A stretch of DNA of 64,000 nt from Eledone cirrhosa (taxonomy: Eukaryota), in NCBI GenBank assembly GCA_964016885.1, contig OZ024742.1, positions 180,420,001 through 180,484,000 on the forward strand, in the 5' to 3' direction. The notes beneath the pieces are model-generated. The model was not told the DNA's origin and made no database searches. It saw only the letters and a program-made list of their open reading frames with translations. The translations under genes and the position numbers were made by a program. This document shows positions 37,764 through 52,661 of this stretch, one piece after another; within the stretch, counting starts at the first letter, position 1, and each line of letters starts with the position of its first letter.

Positions 37764-38621
37764 CATGCACACATATATATATATATGTACGTATAGATTC
37801 ACTGAACATTTATTATAATGCTCGGTGTGTTTGAAAACAAACATCCCGAATTAAGCCGTACAGTGTCTAGCAACCATCGTTGGTCATTTGTTCAACACTG
37901 ACAAAGGAACGCTGTACTAGTTTCAAGCTTATTAGCTATCGTCAGCAACGTATACCGTCCTGCCAGATGGTTGAACGTCTGAAAGTATATACTTTCCTTA
38001 TGCATATTAACGGCTGAGCAGTCTAATTTGCATATCGAGTGAGTAAATCGGCCGGGGTACCGAAAACGATAAGCGGAAAAAATGAAATGAAATTTCATTT
38101 CTCTCTCTTAGCACGTATGTATGTATATATATATATGCATACTACTGTACGTCTGTATACATATATGTATGTACGTATACATACACTATATTTAAGTAAC
38201 AGCCGTACTAAAAGTGAGAAATGAAATTTCGTTTCATTTTTTCTGTTTATCGTTTTCGGTACCACGGCCAATTGACTCACTTGATATGCAAATTAGGCTG
38301 CTCAGCCGTTAATATGCATAAGGAAAGTATATACTTACAGACGTACAACCGTCTGATAGGACGGTATACGTCGCTGACGATATCTAATAAGCTTGAAACT
38401 AGTACAGCGTTCCATTGTCAGTGTTGAACAAATTAGCAACGATGGTTGCTAGATACTGTACGGTTTAATTCGGGATGCTTCTTTACAAACACACCGAGCA
38501 TTATAATAAATGTTCGGTGAATCCATACGTACATATATATATGTGTGCATGTGTGTGTATATATATATATATATGCATACTACTGCACGTCTGTATACAT
38601 ATATGTATGTACGTATACATA

Positions 38622-38625
<4 letters not shown>
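37760..38625. mobile_element. ~437-bp retrozyme-like unit (plus, ~38115-38625) with inverted arm (~37760-38112)
   Basis: 38136-38185 repeats at ~38573-38622; 37785-38112 mirrors 38203-38535. Confidence 0.8.
37910..37950 (-). ncRNA. Minimal type I hammerhead (mirror copy 38369-38409 plus has two substitutions)
   Basis: CGTTG-CTGACGA-T-AGCT aata AGCT-T-GAAA-CTAG-TA-CAGCG; ACUAGU is palindromic. Confidence 0.88.
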
Positions 38626-38697
<72 letters not shown>

Positions 38698-38717
38698 TAT
38701 ATATATATATATATATA

Positions 38718-39650
38718 TGAGGGTGTTAAAGTTTGCTTGAAGCATTGTGAAATGTGTAAAATACGTAGTTTAGAAAGCCACAACAATGCAGAGGGAAATC
38801 TCGGGTAGGAAGTGAATGATAGATAAGAGAAATAGGAGAAAGTGAAAATAGAGAGAGACAAAGATGAAAACAAAACAAAGGTAGGAGGGTTACCGTAGTG
38901 GAGATTTAATCCCAATATTTCGGGCTCACGCCCATCAACGGGGGAAAGTTCCAAAGGGGGGGGGGGCAGGCTAAGCGGAGAAAGTTGTGATGTCGTTAAA
39001 ACAGGAATGCCGTTATGGGGAGAAAAATTATTTAAAATTTAAATGAGGGAAAAAATGCGCGTGCGCGTGATAGGCTGTGGCAAAAGCTACTGACCAAATG
39101 GGTTAAATCAAGAGGGTGCGCTAGCGTGTGAAAGCCGTAAAATATGTGTGTGTAAATATATATGTGTGTGTAACTGTGTGTGTATATGTGTAAGTGTGTA
39201 TATGTGTGAGTGTGTGTGTGTGTGAAAGATAGTGGGCTGTAGAAGCTGGAAATCATAGGGTGTGAAAGGTGGTAGGTTGTAAAACATGTGTGCGTGTATA
39301 AACATGTGTGTGTGTAAGCGTATGTTTACGGAAGGAAGATGCGTTGGTGTTGATATGTTCCTTGATACGAACATGTAGGGGTCGGATGGTGCTACCTATG
39401 TAAAACTTGTTACATTTATCGCATTGAATCTTATATACGACATAGGTGCGTAGGCAATCTGCCCCCCCCCCCCCGTATCGGGCAGTTGCTGAGGGAACAC
39501 GTCCCATCTGACTCGTCGGGTTTGTTGGAGAGGCATCTTCGCAGCGAAGGTCCTGTGTGGGCCAAATGTATGTCAAGTCCCTCCGTCCGTATGGCCCTGC
39601 GGATGGCGTTCGTGGTATATTCACTCAGGTGGGGGATTTTAAAGAAGCAA
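38718..39650 (-). pseudogene. 3' fragment of a further PLE (GIY-YIG end plus UTR)
   Basis: [43 protein letters not shown]. Confidence 0.85.
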
Positions 39651-39760
39651 TATATATATATATGCATATATGTATATATATATATGCATGTATATATATA
39701 TATATATATATACATGCATATATATATATATGCATATATATATATATATGCATATATATA

Positions 39761-39917
<157 letters not shown>

Positions 39918-39938
39918 GCAGATATATATATATATATA

Positions 39939-40141
39939 TAACGGAGGAAATGTGGTAAGGAACCAGGTGGACCATAACGCACCAAAGTACTCAATACTTA
40001 GGGTAGTAGATTGGGTAATAGGAACGAGTAGGACCCCGACGGCTGAGCTCAAGCCGTTTCGACGGCTAATTCTGGACTAAATCTTTAGTCCAGAATTAGC
40101 TGTCGAAACGGCTTGAGCTCAGCCGTCGTGGGTCCTACTCG

Positions 40142-40144
<3 letters not shown>
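39939..40144. repeat. Short palindromic insertion (40022-40144) carrying the 3' half of a hammerhead in each arm
   Basis: GAAA-CGGC ttgagctca GCCG-TC in both arms; the CTGANGA half is absent at the inversion centre ~40082. Confidence 0.7.
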
Positions 40145-40187
<43 letters not shown>

Positions 40188-40204
40188 TACATATATATAT
40201 ATGC

Positions 40205-40238
<34 letters not shown>

Positions 40239-40494
40239 ATATATGCAGATATATATATGCATATATATATATATTGATATATATATACAGATATATATAT
40301 ATAGATATATATATACAGATAGATATATATATACACATATATATATATATATATATATACAGATATATATATATATACAGATATATATATATATATACAG
40401 ATACATATATATATATATATATATACAGATATATATATATACAGATATATATATATACAGATATATATATATATACAGATATATATATATACAG

Positions 40495-40555
<61 letters not shown>

Positions 40556-40562
<7 letters not shown>

Positions 40563-41841
40563 GTTTACATTCATATGTATAAAGTCATAGATATACATGT
40601 GTTTTGCAACGGGTCACGGTGTGACTCAATGAAGAATTAATAAATTAAATAATCAGAGCTATATATCATAAAACATGTCTATAGAATCACTAGATAAAAT
40701 ATATACCGTTTCCTCTCCCAATTACCATAATTAACCATATTAAAAATCAATTAGACCAAGCTATAAGAATAAAGGCTCCTATGAAGATATCTCCGACAAA
40801 TAACCGAAGGCAGCCCCTTCGCGGCGGTTACGACCGAGTATTTATCGAACATTTCGACATCATGTATAAATCGACCAGATATACAGTCAACTAAACACAA
40901 TTAGGTGTAAAATAAACTCGAAGAAATGTGTACATATTTAATTACCTCTACCATAGTTTCGTCCGTATTTTAAGACATCCGATAACAGGGGATATCAAGA
41001 GCTTCGGATTCATCAGGAGTTAGCTCAAATTTAGACATTTATTTTTCCAATGTGATCGCGCCAATAATACATTAAAAAATGGCTAAGAATCGTGACGTGG
41101 CAGCGGTCAAGTTAGAAAGGATGTGATTAGTTGCTTACGGCTGGTATGCTTATTGCTAGAAAGCGCAGTCCAATACAGCCAAATTGTATCTCAACCTAAC
41201 GGGAGATTATTACATATAAAGGTTTACATACATATATATAAAGTCATAGATATACATGTGATTTGCAACGGGTCACGGTGTGACTCAATGAAGAATTAAT
41301 AAATTAAATAATCAGAGCTATATATCATAAAACATGTCTATAGAATCACTAGATAAAATATATACCGTTTCCTCTCCCAATTAGCATAATTAACCATATT
41401 AAAAATCAATTAGACCAAGCTATAAGAATAAAGGCTCGTATGAAGAAATCTCCGACAAATAACCGAAGGCAGCCCCTTCGTGGCGGTTACAATGGGGTAT
41501 TTATCGAATATTTCGACAGCATGTGTAAATCGACCAGATATACAGTCAACTAAACACAATTAGGTGTAAAATAAACTAGAAGAAATGCGTACATATTTAA
41601 TTACCTCTACCATAGTTTCGTCCGTATTTTAAGACATCCGATAACAGGGGATATCCAGAGCTTCAGATTCATCAGGAGTTAGCTCAAATTTAGACAATTA
41701 ATTTTCCAAAGTGATCGCGCCAAGAATACATTCAAAAATGGCTAAGAATCGTGACGTGGCAGCGGTCAAGTTAGAAAGGATATGATTAGTTGCTTACGGC
41801 TGGTAGGCTTATTGCTAGAAAGCGCATCCCAATACAGCCAA
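40556..41841 (-). repeat. 659-bp tandem dimer, retrozyme-like
   Basis: GGTTTACAT at 40562 and 41221; a few percent divergence between units. Confidence 0.93.
40943..41022 (-). ncRNA. Type I hammerhead with enlarged stem II (second copy 41602-41681)
   Basis: TAACTC-CTGATGA-A-TCCG..(~45 nt)..CGGA-C-GAAA-CTATGG-TA-GAGGTA; ACUAUGGU is self-complementary with G·U pairs. Confidence 0.8.
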
Positions 41842-43439
41842 GTGTTTGCGTCGTGCCAGCACCGCTTCCGACACTCCTTCCAAAACTTTAAACCCAATAT
41901 ATAACAATGTCAGACTTGAACCCATCACCACTTCTAACACTACACATCAAGGGCACACCATACACCACAACTCCGCACTCTCTGATCCACCCTATCTCAA
42001 CACAAATCATTCCATCTGTCTATAACTTTATACCCTAGAAATATCCCCATGAGCACCTACTTTTGGGGTAATTACTTTCAACTGCTTATAATTATATAGT
42101 AGCTGAGGGTGGTTATACTAGGGGTGGGTGTTCTTGGGTATCACTTATAATTATACAATGCAGTCTATGTAAGCTTTAAACACCAGATTCGACAATGAAT
42201 TATTTATGCAAATGTATTTGTATGTATGGAGTGATAACATTGGATATATATATAAGATTAATTTATTAACATAAGAGATCTCTATAACCTATATGTTGAA
42301 TGCAATGAATTATGTATGAATGGTAAGTGAGTTATATATGCAAGTACATCTTGATGGATAGATTAATGACATTGTAAATGAGGGATGTTTTTGTCTGCCA
42401 TTGAGATGTATTTGGCTTTGCCATGCAGACAGCCATACGCTGCTCCAGAACTTACCAGGCGTTATGTAGACATAGTACTAGGCGTTATGTAGACATAGGT
42501 CCCGTGACATGTTCTGTGAGTAGACTACATTTGTAAAGAACTTTGATATAAAGATGTGGCTCTTTGTATGTTATATTCAGTTGTAGCACTCTATGATAGG
42601 GAGTAATCATCCTAATATAAATACCTTTAGTACATCATGATAGAGTAGACTGTGTTTAAAATTGGAAACTGAATATAAATATATAACCGTCTATATAAGG
42701 GACTCAATTGAGACACCTTATAATGTATGTTAGAACAATTATTTAGTTATGTAAATCAGCTAGCTACCTCCCCTTACGCATTAACCCCCCTTAATTACAC
42801 ACATACTTCCGGATAATAAACCGATGTAAATTCTCGCAGCAGAAACAACCTACTCTATAAAATTGGATTAAAGATCACTGAGCCGCAATAAGCTAAAATA
42901 ATTTAATTTAATGCATCAAACATCCAATACGGAATCATCGTTAATTATGTGATGGATGTATAAACTATATATTACATTTGCTGAATGTGAAAATGGTGGT
43001 GGATACGAAAACCATAACTCTCTTTTGCTTCTCCTTTCTATTTCTATTTTTCTGCACACATACTTTTTTATTATATACAAAAAATACCTTACCACTACAA
43101 CCTCCATAATGCTCTTACTTACCCACGTAAAGTGCTTGTATTACATGTAACACCCTGCCACACAATAATCATATATAAATGAGACACAAGTAACTAACGC
43201 ATACAATAACTATTACATCTGACTAACAAACTATCCTCTTGCATTATCTATGTTAATTGGCGAATGTATTTTAATTTTGTTTTAATTTTGATATTGATTT
43301 TAACTTTGAATTTGAATTGCTATACGGAAATAATATAATATAATATATGTCACTCCACTGTACATCAATATATACATATGTATCTGTATGTCTCTTGCGT
43401 TGGAAAGGAGGTCAATCATGTGTACAAACATTGAAAAAT

Positions 43440-43484
43440 GCTCCGAAGACATCAAGCCTAGGTTTGGATGAAACAATTGTAAGT
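43440..43484 (+). ncRNA. Variant minimal hammerhead (CCGAAGA core)
   Basis: GCT-CCGAAGA-C-ATC AAGCC ta GGTTT g GAT-GAAA-CAATTG-TA-AGT; ACAAUUGU is palindromic. Confidence 0.7.
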
Positions 43485-43688
43485 GAATAAATGCTTTGAA
43501 CATAGCTTTGATTCTTGTGAATTCTATATAACTGCTCTGTAGAACAACTGATGTTATTACATTGAGCTATTTATCTTAGTGGTAATAAGGTAGTAATAAA
43601 TTACTGTCTTTCACTGTTTAGGGTTTAAAATATATATAACTATAAAAAGTTTTAGTATATACATAACCATAAATAGTATCCTTAATAT

Positions 43689-43745
<57 letters not shown>

Positions 43746-44814
43746 TCAATATATGTATATATATATATATACAATGATATTAAATAAATGAAACTATATT
43801 TATAAAATCATATATATGGAGAGAAAGATAAAAGAGGTGGGGGAGAAAGAAACCTGTTATGTATTATATAATTTTTGTTAACACATATTGTCAGGTTCCA
43901 GATATTCACTCATGTGTAATAACTGGACTATAAGAACATGAATTGCACTAACTGCACCCAAATTGATTAAGGCCCAACTAGGTCATCTGACTCATCTATA
44001 TATAATAGCCAGCCAGCTTTATGAAGGTTACGGCAGAAGAGAAAACGTCTGTATTGAATGCATTGTCTTGTTTACAGTGTGTGTGTGTGTGTGTGTGTTT
44101 GTGTATATGTGTGTGTGCGTTCGTGTGTGTGTGTGTGCCTTTGTGACTGTTCGTGTGCGGCGTGTGTAAACCACCGTTGGAATCGGAGATATAGGCCACG
44201 AAACACGATCATCACTGACAACGAACTCGCAGAGAGAATCCCTTATGATTGATTCCCAACCTGCTAGAAATAGCAGTCAGGCTGGTTAGCATACGTGGTA
44301 TGTCTTTCTTCTTCTTTTGTGTTATAAAATTAGTATCAATAAACTTTCCTGGATATACTCTTATCCCAATCCTGTCACTTTTCTTTTTTTTTTTCGTGTG
44401 ATACGCGAAGGAACCAACCAACAAACATCTCTCTTTTATATCTCTTTCATTTGTTCATTCAAAATATTTTTCAGCTAATTCTGTCGTACAATATACATCA
44501 GCAATCGTTATCTAATCTTTAAAACATATGAATAGCTGCTATATATGCACCATATCAATAACAGATATGAGAATCAAATACCATACTAAAGCCCCAGTAA
44601 GCTTGCTAAGAACCTGCAGATAGAAATGTTAATAAATACAACATCTGACTTGGGTAAACTTTAAGATGTTCTTTCATTGTAGGTTTCTTTTCTCAGCCAG
44701 TACGTTAAAGAAAATTTATAGTTACAACAATAAAGGTTGAACAGGGAATACATTTTTTAACAAACTTTACCATAATGGAAATTCCAAGTAACAGAAAATA
44801 CATAAATTATATTG

Positions 44815-44995
44815 TTAGAGCCTCAGAGTATACAATATGTTTCGGTCGGCCCTCGGGAACAAAGATGAAGAGATTGTTTGGCTAGCTCACCCTAGAGCAT
44901 CCTACATACAATTGACCATGGTTTTCCCAGATGAAGGCCAGCCACATTTAGGGTTTGACCCTGAGCTTTGTTGATGGTAATCGTGAAGCTTAGTC
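44815..44995 (-). pseudogene. Helitron-type Pif1 helicase C-terminal fragment
   Basis: LSFTITINKAQGQTLNVAGLHL../HGQLYVGCSRVS..KHIVYSEAL across a frameshift. Confidence 0.82.
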
Positions 44996-46899
44996 TCTCT
45001 GTTGCTCTAGTAACATTTTTATCTTCTGGAAAATCTGATCTTGCGGCCAGGCTAGGACTTTTTGGGTGGCATATCGGCAGTAACAATGACGATAAACCGT
45101 CTGTGCTTTCGTGAAATAAATACGTTTGTTTATATTTTGTTTTTGTGTATGCATAAATATCTGTACATGAATATATAATTATATATACATATATTAAAAT
45201 AACAGATTAAAGTTTAAGCAAAGAATCCCTTAACGGGATCTTCTGAAACTAAAAAAATCAATCTGTGAACGCAGAAGTAAATATTTCGAAAAACGTTGCA
45301 ACCGAAATAAAACAGTGAAGACGTTAGGAATGTCGTATAACCGGAAGTGTTGATATTTGAAAATTTTAAAGAAGTGAATATTTAAATAATATCTTTAATC
45401 TTTTAACAAAATTCAGTAGACAAAAATACCCTCACTTTCTTACTTGGAAAAAGTTACATCTATGGTGCAAATTTGGTGCCATTTGGTCCAGCTGTTTGGT
45501 GGAAAGTTTGTTACTTACATACGGCTGTCAGCTTTATAGTATAGATAAAAGAGAGATATTTGTTTGTTGGCTGATTTGTATCATACAAAAACAAAAAAAC
45601 TGACAATTGAAAAGTAGGTAAGCCAATGAAATAAGGGTATATCCAGGAAGGTTTATTGATGCACATTTCATAAAATCAAATTATATACTGTAGGTAGAGT
45701 AAGAAGAAGAAAAACATCCTGAGTATGTAAACCAACTCGACTGCTATTTCTAGCAAGTTGGGAGACAACCATAAGAGATTCTCTCTGTGTTGTCAGTGAT
45801 GCTTGTGTTTCACAGCCAGCATCTCTGTGGAATCGAACACTGGTTTACACACAGGCATTTATGTATAAGTATAATAATCTATTTCTATCATCATCCTTTT
45901 GAGAAACCTGGAGCCACCATGTCTATGCAATCTCACATACTTAACATCAAGCAGATGATGAACCATCTCATAGTGCTCACTATTCTTGTAGGCAATCATC
46001 AAGGAGAAAATGCATTACTAAGATTCCTCTCATCCCTTTCTCTACTGAGCAACTGTTCAAATTTTGAAGACTTCAGTTACCTGTTAGAGCTGGTTTTGCT
46101 ATGACCATAAATAAAGCTCACGGTCAGAGTCTCAAAGTTGTAGGATTGTATATGAGAGAATCGGTTTTTTTACCCAAGGACAGTTATATGTAGGTTGTTC
46201 ACAAGTCGAAACACTTAGAAATTTTCATATACTAGGTATGAATGGTAAAACGAAGAATATGGTGTATCTGGAATTTTTTGTTACACCCCGACATACCACA
46301 ATGACATCACATTCAATACAGTCATTTTCTCTTCCACCGGTCTCCTCTTATCATCTGTTTACCTGGGCAAAGCTCGGTTCCTTGGCTAGTAAGTAAATAT
46401 ATAAATCAGTCAACAGAATATAAAATATATAGGCAATAAATAATAATTATATATAAATGAGAGACTTGTATAAGCAAGTTATATTTTATTATATCATTTT
46501 ATGTATTTTCATTTTATATAAATATTAGATTCTAGTTCAAAAGTTGTATCAAATCCATGGGTTGACCTATTGACCCCTGAGTGTTGATATTGACTGTTTT
46601 GAAGACCCCTGTGATAAGGCTCATTCTGATTTGCTACCTTTAATTTCTTGACTAGAGACTCAACACAAAGTTACATTATACTATCATCTCTTCCTGAGAG
46701 GTCAGTTTCTAGTCCTACTTTAAACAACTTGGCAGATGAGCCAAAAAGGATGGCATTTGATCTACTAGAAATAACAATCAAAGCTCCCTGAAATTACATT
46801 ATACCATCTTAAACAAGACTAGGTACATTAGATAATATAGTTTTAGATATAACACACCCAAAATAAAAGATTGAATGCTCATAGCTGGAACTCATTTAA

Positions 46900-47090
46900 C
46901 CCTTTAGCATTTACATTACTTTATATTTACTATTGTATTTTCACAGTAAAGGCTTTATCTCACATAATTATCTCACAATTTATTTTGAGAACAATACCTT
47001 AATATCCATATGAGCGGCCGGTTACAACCGGTCTGAACAGAAAAGGTGAGAGAATTCTGGCCGGATATGGCCAGTTTAAATGCTAAAGGG
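46900..47090. mobile_element. piggyBac-type MITE
   Basis: TTAA flanks (46896-46899, 47091-47094); TIR CCCTTTAGCATTTA / TAAATGCTAAAGGG. Confidence 0.85.
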
Positions 47091-47759
47091 TTAAGCATAA
47101 ATCAGTTTGATTAGGACAGTTAAAGTATGTCCCAAACACAGATACTCATCAGTTTCATTAGTGTTAAATAGCTGAGTGTACAAGACACCAGTCTGTTACA
47201 GGGGTAGCCCCCAGCTGCTACTCATGTACAATTGAGTAGACATTAAGCAACATGAAAAGAAGTGTTTTGTTCAAAAACATAGCATGCATCCCAGTCTGAA
47301 ATCGAACTCATAACATTACGATTATGAGCTGAACACTCTATCCACTAGCACAACAACAAGATCACAACAGTCATGCTACACCGCAAATGTGTCTGTAATT
47401 GCAATATTGTATATCAGGTGTATAATTTATCAAAGATTGTTCCATATTAATGTCAAGCAGAAGTGAAATGTCTAATATTTAAGTTCTAAGCATAGCCATC
47501 CCTTCTGGTTCCACTATATTAATAAATGGTAAACAGACAGCATGGCATTAGTGAGGAGGAGATCTTTCAGTTCAAACCATCTGACATACTAACTGCTAGC
47601 TTCTACAACTTGCATTCTTACTTTTCTCATGGAATATTAAATTAAGAAGTTTTTGCTTCTGATAGTATGTGTGTGGTAAATATGCAGATACAAATGGAAA
47701 TGAATGTATATCTATATGTTTATTGATTACTATCTATCTATCTCATTCTCTTTTCTTTT

Positions 47760-47813
<54 letters not shown>

Positions 47814-47826
47814 ATATATGTATATA

Positions 47827-47919
<93 letters not shown>

Positions 47920-47962
47920 GTATATATATGTATATATATATATATGTATATATATATTTATA

Positions 47963-48035
<73 letters not shown>

Positions 48036-48332
48036 ATATATATATATGTATATATATATTTATATATATATAATAAGTTGAATATTTTAAAATGCAATTT
48101 TGTTCATCTAATGCATAATCTCCATCATATAATCTCTCTCTCAACTGTATATCCATATACATATATACACACACAAACACTCACACACATGTATATTTAT
48201 TTATATATTATATGTATTATTAAGAGTGACTGCTTACTTTGAAGTTTCACCAATATTATTGGCTTCTCTAAACAGACTGTTTTGATAAACCAGTAGTATC
48301 AACAGAATTTTGAAATAAACAGTTACAATTAA

Positions 48333-48510
48333 TAATTGCTTCTACTTCAGGCACAAGGCCAGCAATAACCCAGTGGATTACTGGCACTTTATTTTATCGA
48401 CCCCGTAAGGATGAAAGGCAAAGTCAACCTCGACGGGATTTGAACTCAGATCGTAAAGGGACGTAACTATGCTGGAAAGCATGGCGTCTGACCCTCTACC
48501 GATACTGCCA
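48333..48510 (-). mobile_element. tRNA-derived SINE with Meta-like central domain
   Basis: B-box GAGTTCAAATCCC followed by GAGGTTGACTTTGCCTTTCATCCTTACGGGGTCGATAAAAT; matches 53520-53700. Confidence 0.85.
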
Positions 48511-48544
48511 ACACCATGCTTTGCAGCATTGAGTGACAGCTCTT

Positions 48545-48672
48545 TACGGTCTGAGTTCAAATCTCGCTGAGATTAACTTTGCCTTTCATCCTTACAGGGT
48601 CGATAAAATAAAGCACCAGTAACGAACTGGGATAATTGCTGGCCTTGTGCCAAAAGTAGAAACAATTATTAT
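48545..48672 (+). mobile_element. Partial second copy of the same SINE, head-to-head with the first
   Basis: CTGAGTTCAAATCTC..TTTGCCTTTCATCCTTACAGGGTCGATAAAAT. Confidence 0.8.
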
Positions 48673-49399
48673 TTTGAAAAAACAAACAGTATTTGATTCC
48701 TTCACTTAGTAAATTTATTACATAAACCTGTAAAACAAGCACTTATATATTTCTTCAACTCTGATTTAGCAGAAAATATTTAGAAAAGGGTTTGTTAATT
48801 CAAATGTTTATAGTATCATTGTACAAATTAGCAGTATGAGAGTACAAATATTAATTTTAATATGTTGCAGTCATAATGCTATTTCATACTTTTCAAGAAA
48901 GTCTTGCTAATGAGGTTTAATGTGGTTTGTTAATTCAAATGTTCTTAGTATCTTTATTAGTTGATAGATCATTGTGAAAATTCAGTATTAGAGTAAATAC
49001 ATTTCATTTTTAATGTGATACAGTAATTGTTCCTAAACAGCAAAGCTGTTAATCAGACAACATGGGAGATGAGTCAAGGACGGAGACAGCTGAGTAAGTA
49101 CTTGATTTGTACTGCATCCAGAACCCTCAGTGTAATATCCAATACAATGGTCAGACTGCCCACAGAATCATTCATCACAATGGCAGAATCATTCATCACA
49201 ACAAAAGCACCCAGTCCACACTGTCAATGTGGTTAGCAATAGGAAGTTTATCCAGCCGTAGACACCCAGCCAGAAACAGCTTTGTATGAGCAAGACATAG
49301 TCATGTGATCTGACTTGTCGCACAACGGGAAACTCATTTAACCGATGTTAGCATGGAAAGTTGACATTAAATGGTGATGATGATATGTATGTATCTCAG

Positions 49400-49572
49400 T
49401 AGAAGGAAGACCACGAAAAACATGGGCGGAGGTGGTGAGAGCTGACATCAGATCACTGAAGCTCACAAAGGAGATGATAAAGGACCATGAGAAATGGAGA
49501 GATGCTGTGCTGAATAGGACCTGTCCCACCCTTGCAGGCAGGGAAAAGCGGACGTAAAATGATCATGATGAT
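49400..49572 (+). mobile_element. RTE LINE 3' end with (ATG)n tail
   Basis: GRPRKTWAEVVRADIRSLKL..DHEKWRDAV; a related 3' end is inverted at ~54878-54933. Confidence 0.7.
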
Positions 49573-52500
49573 GTATATATATATATATGAGTTTGTTTAA
49601 AATAACAGGAAGCCATACTGGTGAAGTTCTTTTAAAGGTTTATTGATGCGAAAACACTATATATATTTCAATGGCCTGGTTACATAAGATGCTGGAACAT
49701 CATCCGGTGTCTATTGCGTAATTGGTTAATCAATAAAGAGATTACGGCAAACACTGAGAAAATATTTGATTCCAACCTGGCCTGTCAAGTAGGTGCTATT
49801 GCTGCCACAGACCTCCAAGTAACAAGCTTGTCAATGCAAGGTATTGTAACTTTGGTAGGTGCAATTAAGATGGGTGTGGGGCTTCTATGGTGGCAAGATA
49901 TATCCTGTAATTATAGTTACTACTATGCTGTTAAGGATAGTCACTCAGATAGTCAATAGATCCTGTGTGAATATCTACTGGTCAAAACCAGTTAAGTGTG
50001 GTGGTAGAGAAGATCAGATTACAGTAGATATGTTCAATGGAGGTCAGGTTGTACAAAATTATAAATTTATAAAACATAAAAAAAAAATATGATAAAAGTT
50101 GGGCAGAATGTCATGTTTAGTAAATGAATGAAAATGAGTTATGAAAAATATGTCATGTACAAACTACATTAAGAAAAAGGTATAAATTAAAAAATGTAAA
50201 TTAGGGGTAAATATAGATAAAATATAAATATATATTATTTATTGCTAGTGTTTCATTAAAATAATAGATCTGGTTCTCACTTATATGTGTGTGTTTGTAT
50301 TGTGAAGGAAGAAGTGTGGTTTCGCATTCTATAACGACTGACGTTATGACTCCCTTTCTCTGCAAGGCCAGAGAATGATAAACTAATACCGAGTATATTC
50401 ATATATTGAGGATGGGGACATTTAACTCTGCTTCTGAACCACCCACATGATTCAACATCAAAAAGATGGATGAGTTGCGCAACGTTGATTGCTTTTCCTA
50501 CTATTGGAATGACTAATTCTATCCAGTGGTGAACCACTAAACATAAAAGAATATATATATATATATATATATATATATCCTGCCTCTTCCAGATCATATT
50601 TTTAAACCTGCCAAAAACTGTAGATGCTAGTGAGATGTTTTTCCACATCTGATCCATATCTGTAGCATCCTTCTGTAGGTTGATAACTAGATCCATCATT
50701 CAAGATTTGAGTATCTTTATGTGTACTGGCAAAGCAGGAATTTTAAAATAAACATTACCTGCTCTGTTGCTTAGTAAGACTACTTCTAACCCCAAAACAC
50801 TCACTCACTTCCACATTATGCGTAAAATTGTATGCAAAATTATATGTAAAACAGTACAACCTTTTGAATTAAACTTAGAGTTGCTATAAATAATATGAAA
50901 ATAGATATTTCCTCGATGCAGCAAGAACAAAATTTGAGTGTTCCAATTTTAGCAAAGAATTCAAAGAGATAATAAATATCTATATCTTTGAGTATATATA
51001 TTAATGTAACCACAACTAAAATCTGAAACATATACAAGTTGGATTATAGGTGCATTAAAATAGATATGTGTGTTCTGTAAATTCAGATAGATTGTGTGTA
51101 TTCAGTTTAGAATAGATACACCATATCTCTGTATGTCATAAGAGGTGACTAAAAGGGTTAGTGTCAGAAATAGCATCCATCCATAAAGCATTGCCTCAAA
51201 TCAGACCTCACAATGAGTATGAAGTCTGTCTAGGAGCCCACAATGCTAACCTTTGCTTTAGCAGGAAAATCCAGTTTAAAATCTAGCAGCCATAGTAGTA
51301 CTGGTATTCACTTTATATCCCTGCATGCCATAAGAGGCAACAAAAAGGTTTGGTTCCAAGGACCCAATGATGAGTATGAAGCTTGCCATTGGATCTTCAA
51401 CACTAACCCTAACTTTAACAGGGTAAATGGCCTTAAAATGCTTGTTGCATTCTATTTATTTGTTTATTTACCAGTGCGTATAAAGCCACTCAAATTATTA
51501 TAGGAATGCTCAAAGAGGCTGAAGATGTCTATGGTAGACCTATCATTGTATATGAACTGGTTATTGTGACCAATAACTCTTATAATGTTTCCTAAAATCT
51601 TTGGAAGAGTCATTTGAGAGGTGTGTGCTTTAGTTTACCCCTATTCTACCAAGGAGAAATATATAACTTTCTGTTTTTATCTTTAACCTTTTTATATTAA
51701 GCCACCTGGAATGGCTCCTGGTCCTATGATAAAAAAAATTGTTTGCTTTAAATTGTTTATATTTATATAAAAATCCTCAGTCATAATTTTATGTATGAAC
51801 CTTTAAGTTGTTTCAAATTTTCAAAATAATAAATAGAAAGCTTGTTATGTCAATCCTTGATTATTTTCAAATTGATTTGAAAATCATAAGCATTGTCTTT
51901 TATTACAAATACAATAACAAAAGCATTAAAATTATTATATTTATCTAGAAACCTTCCATTATAAACTTATATAATAACTGCATTTAAGTCATATTCCAAA
52001 CACCTATTTAATAATGGGAAAGATTGCTAAACCCCACCAAATGCTTGCATATTTTCAAAATTATTTGAAAATCATAGGCAGTGCCTTTCATTAGTCATTT
52101 GACATTGGTCATGCTGGGGCATCACCTTCACTTAATTGATCTTATCAATGCCAGTACTGATCACTATACTTAAAACACATGATGAAAATGATGGAGGAGG
52201 GGGGAGAAGAAGAAGAAAAGAAGAAAAGCTAAAGAGAAGAAATAGAAAATGAAGAAAAAGTAAAAGAAGAAAAAGTAAAAGAAGAAGAAGAAGAAGAAAG
52301 ATAATTATGACCAAAGGAGGAATAATGGTGCAATGATGTCAGAAGAGATAAGATCATCTTAACACTGACAATATATTGATTTCAGTGTTTTTACTATTTC
52401 AACATAAAATTTCCTAAAATGGATGATTGTATTGATAAATATTAAAATATATTCAGACAAAAATATTTTTAACACAATCACACACGTGAATATCCATACA

Positions 52501-52661
52501 CATGTGTACATACATACACATACCTATATATCCACATGTATGATTGTAGTAAAATATATTACAGAATACAAATGGTTCAATATAAGATTGGTCAACAAAT
52601 AGTCTAGTGATATGTTTAATCATTTGTAGATCAAAGATAGGTGTATTTTGAAATAGCTAAA

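Noticed and set aside
42640-43000. Possible highly degraded GIY-YIG coding remnant upstream of the 43440 HHR
   Set aside because: Similarity too weak to support by eye.
51519-51545. CTGANGA hits at ~51519, 2438, 2712, 13303, 20125 and ~47148(-)
   Set aside because: No correctly placed GAAA..UH or stem I.
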